Assembly (NCBI GenBank): GCA_027923505.1
Contig: BROI01000004.1
Location: forward strand, 1,178,001 to 1,242,000
Direction: 5' to 3'
DNA length: 64,000 nt
Source of the DNA: Mayamaea pseudoterrestris
Taxonomy: Eukaryota
Positions 46,741 through 57,103 of this stretch are shown in pieces (position 1 is the stretch's first letter; each line of letters opens with the position of its first letter). The notes beneath the pieces are model-generated. The model saw only the letters and a list, made by a program, of their open reading frames with translations. It was not told where the DNA came from and did no database searches. Position numbers and translations under genes: made by a program.

Positions 46741-49671
46741 ATGTCATATGACTACAATGCGCTCGTTGCCAAGATTGCGCAGGAGCGTCGCGCCGCGCAG
46801 CAGCTGCAACAAAATGACAATGACAACGATTCTCAACTACGAATCATGCAGCACTTGGGCAGCGCCATGGAAACCTTCGACACGCTCAGCGCGCACTGCC
46901 CCATGACGCCGCTGCTGTGGATGCAGCATGCGGCAACGGCGCGCCAATTCATGCAATTGAGTAGTCGTATTAATAGTGATCAAGTGACTGGAAGTGACAA
47001 AAATGATGATGGAAGCATGGCAATGAATGACAATGACGACGATGCAAATAGAGCAACAATCAACGACGAGTCGTATCGCACGGCACTCCAAACGCAACTC
47101 GATATCTTGGAGCTTGGCTTGCAGGAGTTTCCCGGCAGCGGACTCTTGCAGCTTTGTTTCGCCGAGCTGCTGCTGCAATGCCAATGCAAGAGTTTGGATG
47201 AAAAATTGGCTGCCGTGGAAACTGCCTTGCAACACGTTGGACAAGGCTCGCATCTAGCGGAAGATGACATTATCGGTCGATTATTTGACATTCATTTGCA
47301 ACTGTCGCTCGAGCAGCCCGACGAAACGACTCGCGCCAAGGCTGTAGCCGCGTCGCTAATTTGGCGCTCCAAGGCGCCGCTGCTTGTCAACGAGTCGCTC
47401 CAGCAGGAGGCGCGCGAAACACTGTTAAAAACCAACATGCAGCAACGAGACGTTGACGAAATACTATTCGTTGTGGAACGAAATCGCCAGCGCGTCGCCA
47501 AGGCATACAGTCGTCTCTGGTCGTTGGGTGATGACATTGAAATGAGTCTGCACCAGCTTGGAGTGCTGGCGAAACACCAACTGCCAGTGCTTGTCGACGC
47601 CGACGGTCAACAGAAAATCGACTGGACGAGAGTGACGCAATCTGGAAATCAGCTGTATGGCATGGGTTTAGGAGAACATACCGTCGCTCATGCGTTTATT
47701 CAGTATGCGCTTGCTGTGCAAAAACAATTGGACGAAAATGGAATGGCAGCGGCACGTAACGAGTCGGATGCGAGTGACAATGAAAACGGCGACAATGACG
47801 AGGACGATTCAATTATACCAAAAAATCTACCGACCGCAATCTACGAACGAGCAATATCCGAATGCCCGACGGTCGAGTCCCTGTGGATGTCCTACGCACG
47901 GCACTTGAGTGAAGCACTGGCGTCAAAGTCCTTGCCGGAGTGTGAACTGGCAAACGTTGCATCCAAACTGCAGTCCGTCACGCAGCGCGCCATGCGCAAC
48001 TGTCCAAATAGTCTGTTGCTCGTCGAGCAACGGTTGATGACGTTTTTGACCTTGTTGAAGGCTGGATTTGAAGTGATTGATCCCGATGCACTGCTGCAAG
48101 TGGCGCAAGCGGCGCTTGACACCAAGTTTCTGCCGGCCGAGTGGCAGCACTTGAAAGTGTTTCTCACTGCCGTTCGAGTCGTCAAACTGCGGATACTAAT
48201 GCTGCTGACTCCGAAAGGCAAGGGCGCGGTGGTGGATTACGATGATGCTGAGCCTTTGCTGAATCATAAAAAGAAAAAGGCTGCCTCGCAACGCGTTGCT
48301 GACAATGTGTTGGAGGAGGCGAACGATCTAGTCGATGACTTGACTGACATGTATGAACAAGTCGAAACCAGATTAAAGGAGGCCTTTCCAAAGTGGTCCG
48401 CGGGTCGCAGTTTGTTGTGGAGGGACCGGGCACTGACGTCGCAGTTGTTACTTGACAATCTACAACGGCTTGAGAGCGGAGAGCAGCAGAATAAAGGAGC
48501 GTTGTCTGATAAGAGTGCAGTACATTGGTTTGATAAGGCGCTGCGAACGTCGAATCCTCCGCATCCAGACTGGTATAGGAGTTACATTGCTGCGTTTGTT
48601 GCTGCTCCTGGCGAGATTGCTAATGGATGCGACGTTGCACGAAGGATACGGCATGTGCGCTACTTATACCAACAGGGTGTCAAATTGGTGGGTAGACCCA
48701 AAGTGGACGTGAACGAGGGGAACCAGTTAACAAACGCTCAACTCCAACGTGACTTTGACACTGCGTTTAGCTGTCTCTGCCAAGAATGGCTTGAATTTGA
48801 GCAGACAATCGGATCCGATCGTAGTATCGGCCGGGCCAGTCACGCGATTCAGATCAAGATGCGCAAAACACCGTCTCAATTATCTTTTGTCGCGGCACCT
48901 TCTCAAAATACATTGAAACGAAAGTACAATGAGCAAATTACTCTTACAGACGAGCCGCCTGCCAAAAAGTATAAAGTAGACGACGACAATGCAACTCAAA
49001 CTAAAGCGGGTGAAGCAACAAACGGAGTGGCAGAATCGACGGCAGCGACGCCCCCACCCGGAAAGTTGAAGGTTAAAGTTGGTGATCTTGAGTATCCTGT
49101 CCATCCGTATACGGTGCGCATATCGTTTCTCCACCCGGAGACGGAAGACATGGACCTTGTCGAGTTGCTTCGGCCAAAATGTGGCAACATTGTGCATGCT
49201 CGGATTGTTCGGGACAAGCATCCGCCGTTTAAAAGCAAGGGCTGGGGTTTGGTGCAATTCGAAGAAAAGGACGCTGTAGAAAAGGCTCTGGCGCTGAATG
49301 ATGTCATCGGTTTGCATGAAAAGGTTCTTCGAATAGAGCGATCGCAGCAGCCTGCCGTGTCTCTGGTTCCTCCTGGTCGGCATAAAATAAGCGAGAAGGG
49401 ACACGGAAAGCATTCGAAGCGAAATGAGAAGAAGCATAAAGCCCAAATTGATGACGAGAAAGATGGAACAATACCACCGGCGGTTAAAGACGCCGAGACG
49501 AAAGCCATTAACGAAAGCGACGACAGAGTAGCTGAAACGAATAACGCCAAGGTGACGAAAAATGCAGAGGCATTAGAGACGATAAACGCTTCTGGTGTCG
49601 ACTCATTTTCATTTAAACCGAGAAATGTTGCTCGTAAATCTCATCAAAAGCCTAGACTGAAGCTGGTATAG
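46741..49671 (+). CDS. SART3/Prp24-like protein (HAT repeats + RRM)
   Basis: PMTPLLW; IYERAISECPTVESLWMSY; RAMRNCP; WLEFEQ; RRM with RNP1 KGWGLVQF; C-terminal FKPRNV. Confidence 0.75.
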   Translation: MSYDYNALVAKIAQERRAAQQLQQNDNDNDSQLRIMQHLGSAMETFDTLSAHCPMTPLLWMQHAATARQFMQLSSRINSDQVTGSDKNDDGSMAMNDNDDDANRATINDESYRTALQTQLDILELGLQEFPGSGLLQLCFAELLLQCQCKSLDEKLAAVETALQHVGQGSHLAEDDIIGRLFDIHLQLSLEQPDETTRAKAVAASLIWRSKAPLLVNESLQQEARETLLKTNMQQRDVDEILFVVERNRQRVAKAYSRLWSLGDDIEMSLHQLGVLAKHQLPVLVDADGQQKIDWTRVTQSGNQLYGMGLGEHTVAHAFIQYALAVQKQLDENGMAAARNESDASDNENGDNDEDDSIIPKNLPTAIYERAISECPTVESLWMSYARHLSEALASKSLPECELANVASKLQSVTQRAMRNCPNSLLLVEQRLMTFLTLLKAGFEVIDPDALLQVAQAALDTKFLPAEWQHLKVFLTAVRVVKLRILMLLTPKGKGAVVDYDDAEPLLNHKKKKAASQRVADNVLEEANDLVDDLTDMYEQVETRLKEAFPKWSAGRSLLWRDRALTSQLLLDNLQRLESGEQQNKGALSDKSAVHWFDKALRTSNPPHPDWYRSYIAAFVAAPGEIANGCDVARRIRHVRYLYQQGVKLVGRPKVDVNEGNQLTNAQLQRDFDTAFSCLCQEWLEFEQTIGSDRSIGRASHAIQIKMRKTPSQLSFVAAPSQNTLKRKYNEQITLTDEPPAKKYKVDDDNATQTKAGEATNGVAESTAATPPPGKLKVKVGDLEYPVHPYTVRISFLHPETEDMDLVELLRPKCGNIVHARIVRDKHPPFKSKGWGLVQFEEKDAVEKALALNDVIGLHEKVLRIERSQQPAVSLVPPGRHKISEKGHGKHSKRNEKKHKAQIDDEKDGTIPPAVKDAETKAINESDDRVAETNNAKVTKNAEALETINASGVDSFSFKPRNVARKSHQKPRLKLV

Positions 49672-49817
49672 ATGCGTCACTAAAATAGTTTTAGCTTTGA
49701 TTATTTAACTTTTGACTACAAAATTGATTCGCTTTTGCTTGTATCAATTCGCGAGCTTGTCCAGCTTCGCCTTCAAGCGTTCTATGGCATCGTGCATTAT
49801 TTATTGCCCGCTGGAAG

Positions 49818-51662
49818 TCATCGTTGACAAGCGGCAACGGACTCGTCTGGATGTGCAAAACCTTCTACGCCAAGCATGTACATGAGCTGCTTGAACGACC
49901 ATGCTTGTCGAAAGGCGCCACCAAACGGCATCTTCCAGGACCAATAAAATAGATTTACATTGGCTTTGCGAGCAGCCTCAATCTGAGCCAGGTATGATTT
50001 GCGAATCGTCGCCGCGTCCGTGCAAGATTGCAAAACGGAATGAAACGTTGACGACGAGAATTCACCCGAGTAAAGCTGAGAGCGATCAGCATCCCCCTCA
50101 TCCGGAAGCAATGATCGATACACTTGAGCCCAGCTTGTACACCTTTCCAGCACAGCATCTGTGGCGTCGCTATCGCCACACGCATAGCTGCCATTTCCAT
50201 CAATTGATCCGGAGCAGGCAGATTCCCAGGAGTGATAGTGATGCAAATCCAAAATTGCCCATTGACTTCGCTCCTCGGCTGTCGTAATCGCCTCCCACCA
50301 TGCTGCAAAAATGCCGGTCGCATGTGGGTGCGTCGCTCCAAGGTTGTTTGCGTCTCCAGTCACTAGCGCGGGTGCAAAAATGCTTTCATGAACATTGACG
50401 ACGACATTGATTCCCTTCTGCGGCAGCGTCGTCTGCCGAAACAAATCAACAGCATCACTTTGCCACAATAGTACACGCAGATGCGCTCCATCAGGAACGG
50501 TGATATTACTCGTAGAGTGCTTGTTCAGTTTGGTCATATACTTTGTCGCAAGATGCTCTGGCAAGGGCGGCACAAAGCCTTTTTCATCCGACTTGCCGGA
50601 ACCAGGTCCAAACAACCCGGCCAAATGCGCCGGCTCGTTCATTGGCGTCACGCCTCCAACGCCAGCAAACGCTTCTGGATCCGACTCGCTCAGCGACTCG
50701 ATCCACTGCAACCAGTTTCGAAACTGCGCTCGCCCAACGTCACGAATGGTGTCTTGCGGATCGTCATACTTCCAAAAGAGTGGTTGTTTAGGCCAAACAC
50801 CCGAAAAGGTTCCCAGCGACGTGCCACCCATGTACGTATGAATGTCCAACGTGGCCTTGATGTTGTGCTTGGCGCAGGCTTTGAGCAAGTCGACGATCAA
50901 GGCTTTCGGAACCGCTGGCCAGTAGACTTGTTCATGTTCCTTGGCGTAGTATGGATCGACGCACGCGTAGCGCTGCAGCAGCAGCTCATCTTCATGAGTT
51001 GCATTGCCGTCACCTGACGCATCGGCAAGCAGCAACTCATCGTTCGACGGATCGAAATCGGTCGTGCACCACGAGACTGGCACGCGAACGTTTCGAATGC
51101 CAAGTGCCGCAATCTGCCTCAATTCTTCGTCCAGGTTCATGTAGGTGGTGCGAAACTCGCGAAAGACGCGCACGGCGTACTTGACGGAGAATTGCGTCAT
51201 CAAGTTTTGAAACAAGTCCGTCTCCGACTGCCAGGATGGTCCAGTCATGTGCATGTGCGAGTGAATGGGAGGCAGGCAAATGGCGGCAGTCGCATCGTTG
51301 GGCGTGGCGACTTGTACCGCGCCGTCGTCTCCGACGAAAAAGTAGTCCTCGAGCGATAGCCACGACGCCAAGTTGACGCCGTATGGCATGGGCAGTTTCG
51401 TTGTTGATATTGGTTCAAACGAAGAGTGTATATTTGATGGCGTCGCGTCGTTACTGCCTTTGCTGCTGTTTCTCGTCGTCAAGTACGCTAGCCATGTTGC
51501 AAATATAACCCCCATGACTGCCAAGCTACACTTTTTGGAAACCTTGGAGGTTGCAGCAACGTCAGCTATCGCAGTCCGGTCGTCATGATGGTCATGTGCA
51601 GCGTTATGAATGGAGATTGTCGCGTACTGAGTCGTCTTTCCAACGGTGATTTTTGGCGTCAT
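49818..51662 (-). CDS. Membrane-anchored GH5 glycoside hydrolase (exo-1,3-beta-glucanase-like)
   Basis: GVNLASWLSLEDY; VRVPVSW; LDIH; MNEP (acid/base); DLHHYH; GEFS (nucleophile); FYWSWK; N-terminal TM. Confidence 0.88.
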   Translation of the reverse strand: MTPKITVGKTTQYATISIHNAAHDHHDDRTAIADVAATSKVSKKCSLAVMGVIFATWLAYLTTRNSSKGSNDATPSNIHSSFEPISTTKLPMPYGVNLASWLSLEDYFFVGDDGAVQVATPNDATAAICLPPIHSHMHMTGPSWQSETDLFQNLMTQFSVKYAVRVFREFRTTYMNLDEELRQIAALGIRNVRVPVSWCTTDFDPSNDELLLADASGDGNATHEDELLLQRYACVDPYYAKEHEQVYWPAVPKALIVDLLKACAKHNIKATLDIHTYMGGTSLGTFSGVWPKQPLFWKYDDPQDTIRDVGRAQFRNWLQWIESLSESDPEAFAGVGGVTPMNEPAHLAGLFGPGSGKSDEKGFVPPLPEHLATKYMTKLNKHSTSNITVPDGAHLRVLLWQSDAVDLFRQTTLPQKGINVVVNVHESIFAPALVTGDANNLGATHPHATGIFAAWWEAITTAEERSQWAILDLHHYHSWESACSGSIDGNGSYACGDSDATDAVLERCTSWAQVYRSLLPDEGDADRSQLYSGEFSSSTFHSVLQSCTDAATIRKSYLAQIEAARKANVNLFYWSWKMPFGGAFRQAWSFKQLMYMLGVEGFAHPDESVAACQR

Positions 51663-52292
51663 GATGCTGCGTGATAAAATCTGAGAAGGCAAATCCTACT
51701 AGATTTAGTTAATCGTAATAAGAATGAGAGAGGATGACTGTGAGAGGATGACAGTGACAAAGCAGAAGATTCGTGTACTGCTGCAGCAGAAAAACTCAAT
51801 GGGATCAGGACGAATGCGTGACAGTCTCATCCATCCTCCATCTCAGGAGCAGAAACGTTCAAGAAATAAGGGACAACTCGAATGGTCACATACAGCAGAC
51901 TCACCACTCAATATTCAAGTTTCCCTTCTTTCGCTCCTTGTCATGCGCTCCTTTCTTGTCCATGGATGAACGAAAACGAACAATGGATGGAGGATTTTGA
52001 TTGAGTACCGGAGCGACGCGACAGAAAATGAAAGATCCGTACCGTTGCGACATGGCGTTGGAACGGGCGGACTTCTCAACTTCAGATTTAGCTATTCGCC
52101 CAATAGCTATCTAAATTGGCGTTGCCACGGGCCAACGCCCACGACTAAACATTTGGAGCTGTAGCTCACGTTTATTAGTATAGTTGTCGATGGATAAAAG
52201 AGCTCATAATTTCATTTTTAACCACCCGACGTATCACTCTGAATTCAGAACCAGTTGGAAATCAAGTTAAGAAAAGCAAGCACCCCATCACC

Positions 52293-53396
52293 ATGAAGGA
52301 CAATGACGACGTCCCGATACCCTTCAAACCACGGCATGTGTACGAAGACTTGCCAAGTGTCACCATCTACGGAAACGGCCGCAAGTACAAGGCTCATCGT
52401 TGCGATGTACAAGACCCGGAGGTTCTCATCCGCACGATTGTCAACCATGGCGAGGCCGCCAAGGTACTCAACGTTGTGAGTTCATCGTGAGCGAGTTCAC
52501 ACAAGACGGCAAGATCGCAAATGGCGGCGTGGCTCATGGCCGTTTGCTGCAGCGGAGACGCTGGATGCGGATTGAACGGGGAAGCGCCGCTCTTGGCGTC
52601 GACGGCGCAGAGTGATTGGAGTCGTGCCACTGCAACAGCATCTTTACGGCAACATAACGACCACACAAAACAGCAACAAGACAGCTCGTACATTCTCATG
52701 GACAAGCACAGCACGGGAGGCGTCGGCGACAAGGTGCAACGCTTTGACATGATCCACAAGCTTGCCAAGTGGTTTCCTCGCACAGGCAACCCAGATGTGA
52801 ACGATGACATCTTCACTCAAGTGCAGATTCGCAATTGGATGTTTACCAAGCAACCTGCCAAGCACCAGCAGACGCTGAATGCGATGCCACACGTCAGTTA
52901 CCAAGATATGGAGGTAGCAGAGCTTTGCAAGTATTTCGACAAGCTCCAACGTGACGAGATTCGAGAGACAGCTCGTCGCCGCGCTCAAGAAGAGACCCAG
53001 CGCAAACGCCGCAACAAGACAGACGAAGACAACTATCGCGCTCGCGCAGCGCAAGGAAGAGGCCGTCGAGGCAATCGAGGCCGAGGCAACGGAGGCAGAG
53101 GCAACGGAGGCCGAGGTTTCAACTCACGCCGCAACAACGTTCGTTGTTACAAACCAGGACACAACCATTTATTGATCCATTGCCCTGAGAATCCTTACCG
53201 CGTTGAAGACGAGGAAGAAGAAGAAGAAACAAAGGATGAAGAGATGCCTTCCGAAGAGGAGGATGAAGATGAACCAATGGAAGCGGACGAAGAGCCACAC
53301 CAGATGGAAGACATTGGGATCGAAGATCTTGAAGAAGAACTCGAGTCGCTCGATATTAACGACGACGAAATGGAGGATGAGAAGAAAGAAGAATGA
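52293..53396 (+). CDS. gag: Gypsy gag, disrupted at 52490-52736
   Basis: Homologous to the gag at 29201; RG-rich region, CYKPGHNHLLIHC, acidic tail. Confidence 0.75.
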
Positions 53397-56300
53397 AGAA
53401 GACTCGCCGAGTCTTTAGCAGTTGAAAACGCTCAAGTAAATCAGATAGATAACATTGATAATGAAAAGGTTGATGACCATGTGCCCATAGTGTTACTATT
53501 AGTAGGCAAGATGAACGGAACGCCAATGAAGAAGGCATTGACAGCGCTCCTCGACACGGGCTCAACAAGCTCCTGGATCAGCGAGCGAGTATTGAATCCA
53601 ACAATCCAAAGGAAGACCACGGCGCGAATGATATCACATACCTTATTGGGAAAGATGGAAAGCGCTCAAAAGATTGACCTTATGGATTCAACGCTACCCG
53701 ACTTTTCGCAATCAAAACGAGTCGACAAGATTGAGGCTCACGTATACACGCAAGACATACGATACGATATGATCATTGGCCGCAAGCTAATGCAACAGCT
53801 AGGCATGACGCTTGACTTTAAGCGCAATGAGATCACATGGGATGGCGACGCAGTCCCCTTCATTAACATGACACAATTGAATGGTCGACGACCAAAAGAA
53901 TTGAAAGAGGCGTTGATTAACCGCTACTTAACGTCCGTCAATGATCCGACGTCCGACGATGGTCACATCGTGACTGAAATCCAAGCCGCCAAATACGATA
54001 AAGTGGACATCAACGATGTTGTCAATAAAGCTACTCATCTTGATAAACTTTCGCGCGCTCAACAAAGTTATCAAGCGCCGCGTCTATCCGCTCCCAAAGA
54101 TACAAGAGATCCTTGCAAGGCGCAAAGGATACAAGTACTTTACCAAGCTTGATATAAGCATGCAATACTACACGTTCGAATTGGACGATATAAGCAGCGA
54201 CCTCTGCACAATCGCGACGCCGTTTGGCCTCTACAAATACATCAGGATGCCAATGGGCGTCAACCAGTCGCCTGATGTTGCTCAGGAGATAATGGAAAAA
54301 GTCTTGAAAGGTATAGAAGACATTGAAAAGTACCTCGATGATGTCGGTTGCTTCAGCAACTCGTGGAACGAGCATTTAACGCTACTCGAGCACGTCTTAA
54401 AGAGGCTGGAAGACGCCGGCTTCACCATTAACCCACTAAAGTGTGAGTGGGCAGTCAAAGAAACAGACTGGCTTGGCTATTGGCTTACACCGACGGGTTT
54501 AAAGCCATGGCGAAAGAAGGTACAAGCGATCCTCGATATGGGGCCGCCAACCAACATGACGCAGCTGCGATCCTTCATTGGATTAGTTACATACTACAGA
54601 AACATGTGGCCGAAGCGCTCGCATATACTGGCGCCTTTAACGTCGTTAACAGGCGTAAAGAAATTCAAATGGTTACCAGAGCATCAAACAGCATTCGAGC
54701 AAATGAAAGCCATGGTTGCAACCGACGCGTTGCTCCACTATCCAGACCACAACTTGCCCTTTGACATTGAAGCAGACGCATCTGACTATCAACTAGGAGC
54801 AGTAATCTTACAGAATGGCGTGCCAGTTGCCTACTATTCCCGCAAGCTGACAGCGGCGCAAAGGAACTACACCACCATTGAAAAGGAACTACTCAGCATC
54901 GTAGAGACATTGAAGACGTTTCGCTCGATGTTACTCGGTGCCGAGATACGGATTCACACCGATCACCGCAACCTCACGTATGAGTTAACCACTTACCAAA
55001 CGCAAAGAGTCTTGCGCTGGAGGCTATATCTAGAAGAATATGGTCCCCAATTCTTCTACAAGAAGGGAGAACACAATCGACTTGCCGATGCGCTGTCGAG
55101 AACGCCAACACCTCGCTCGTCTCCCTTGGTTGGGGAGGAACAAGAGCCCGCTACAGTCGTTCAAGAAGACAAAGAAGAGCGACTTGCGCCCTCTCGTATA
55201 GAGGATATAAGCTATGATGACGCATACTCATTGCTAGATGAGCCGGAGCTAGCAGAATGCCTCTTAATGCATCCGGAGTTCGACGGAACAGGGAGGTACC
55301 CATTATCTTATCAAACAATTGCGCAATATCAAACTCAAGACGAGATACTGCAGGCAGCAGCGAATGAGATTCAACAACCACAAATAACAAGGAAGACGCT
55401 CGAAGGGGTCTCCGTCATCGTTTACACGCCTCAAGGGAATCCACACGCGTGGCGTATTTGCATTCCTACCAGCATGCTCGAACGGCTTGTTAAATGGTAT
55501 CACTTGACGCTATCCCACGCAGGGATTACAAAGCTTGAAGCAACAATTAACCAGCACTTCTTCCATCCGGGGATCCGGACGGCAATAGCAGCTATTGTCG
55601 GCAAATGTGACGCTTGCCAAAGATACAAAGCTGGTGGCGGCCATCAATATGGACAACTCCCAATCCGGGACCTCAGAGAGGCTCCTTGGTATGAAATACA
55701 AGTTGATTTAATAGGACCGTGGTCCTTCAAGAAGGATAACGTCGAGTACGTCTTCCAAGCATTAACAATGATTGATACAGTGACCAATCTCGTCGAGCTT
55801 GTTTACTACGACACCAAAACGACACAACGAATCGCGCAGCTATTCGAGAACACTTGGCTAGCTAGGTATCCCAAGCCAGTGAGAGTCATTCATGACAGAG
55901 GACAGGAGTTCAAAGGCGAGTTTCGTGCCTTGTTGCTCAGGAATGGAATCGTTCCTCGACCAACCTCCATAAAGAATCCAACAGCAAATGCTATTTGTGA
56001 AAGGATGCATCTGACCGTTGCTAACGTGTTAAGAACAACATTAAACCAATGGAATCCTCAACCACCTCAACAACCACAAGTCGAAGCAACTCATGTTATT
56101 GAGTCGGCGCTAGCAACAGCAATGCACGCTACAAGAGCAGCAGCTCATCGCTCACTAAGCAACTTGAGTCCAGGCGCATTAGTCTTTCAAAGAGATATGT
56201 TCTTGGATATACCGTTGATAGCGGATATAATGGCGCTCACTAAAAATAGAGAAGCGATCATCAATGACACCTTGTTGCGAGCCAACCAACGGCGCCTCAA

Positions 56301-56484
56301 TTACGACTATAAAGTGAACGAGCGAGTCCTCGTTAAAGTTGCCAATCCTGACAAGCTGCAAGAGCGATGGATCGGCCCTTATACAATAACAGCAGTCCAT
56401 GTAAATGGAACAGTTACAGTCCGCCTCACGCCATGGGTGACGGACAGAATCAACATCAAACGGTTGAAACCGTATCGATCGTAG
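53397..56484 (+). CDS. pol: Gypsy pol (protease, RT, RNase H, integrase) with a deletion/frameshift at ~54047
   Basis: LLDTGS; KLDISMQYY; YLDD; DASDYQLGAV; H...H...CDAC; VDLIG / HDRG / NAICER; GPY. Confidence 0.93.
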
Positions 56485-57103
56485 AATCACCCAAGGGTTT
56501 ATGACTTCCCCAGGATGCTTCCTAAATAGAGCGCTCCTTGCAATAACAAGGAGGGCTGTCAATAATAGTAAGCAACTTCAGCTACACTAAGAAGCGCTCC
56601 CTCTGGTGGGGGAGAGTGAAAGATCCGTACCGTTGCGACATGGCGTTGGAACGGGCGGGCTTCTCAACTTCAGATTTAGCTATTCGCCCAATAGCTATCT
56701 AAATTGGCGTTGCCACGGGCCAACGCCCACGACTAAACATTTGGAGCTGTAGCTCACGTTTATTAGTATAGTTGTCGATGGATAAAAGAGGTCATAATTT
56801 CATTTTTAACCACCCGACGTATCAGAAAAACCGCTACGACATTTTCTAGATTCGTTCCGTCACGCTTCCATCACGGTTGCGCATGCACAATCACTTGTTC
56901 GTCGTCGCGAAAGCTTGACTACTTGCATACATGCGAGCAAAAGGTTGACTCCAAATAACACAGTTTCTTGTTCACTTGGCTTGCAGTTTTCGTTTCCAAA
57001 GTGAGATATCGCTCAACCTCACGACTCACGACACGACACCATACACGAAAGCTGCCGTTTCACAAAACACTGCATTGCTTGCATCTTTCAGGCAATCACA
57101 GCC

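Larger units (their letters stand above)
52029..56824 (+). mobile_element. Young Ty3/gypsy LTR retrotransposon with a 5-bp TSD (GAAAA)
   Basis: 208-bp TG...CA LTRs at 52029-52236 and 56617-56824 with 2 mismatches; GAAAA at 52024-28 and 56825-29; PPT GGTGGGGGAGAG; order PR-RT-RH-IN. Confidence 0.97.
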
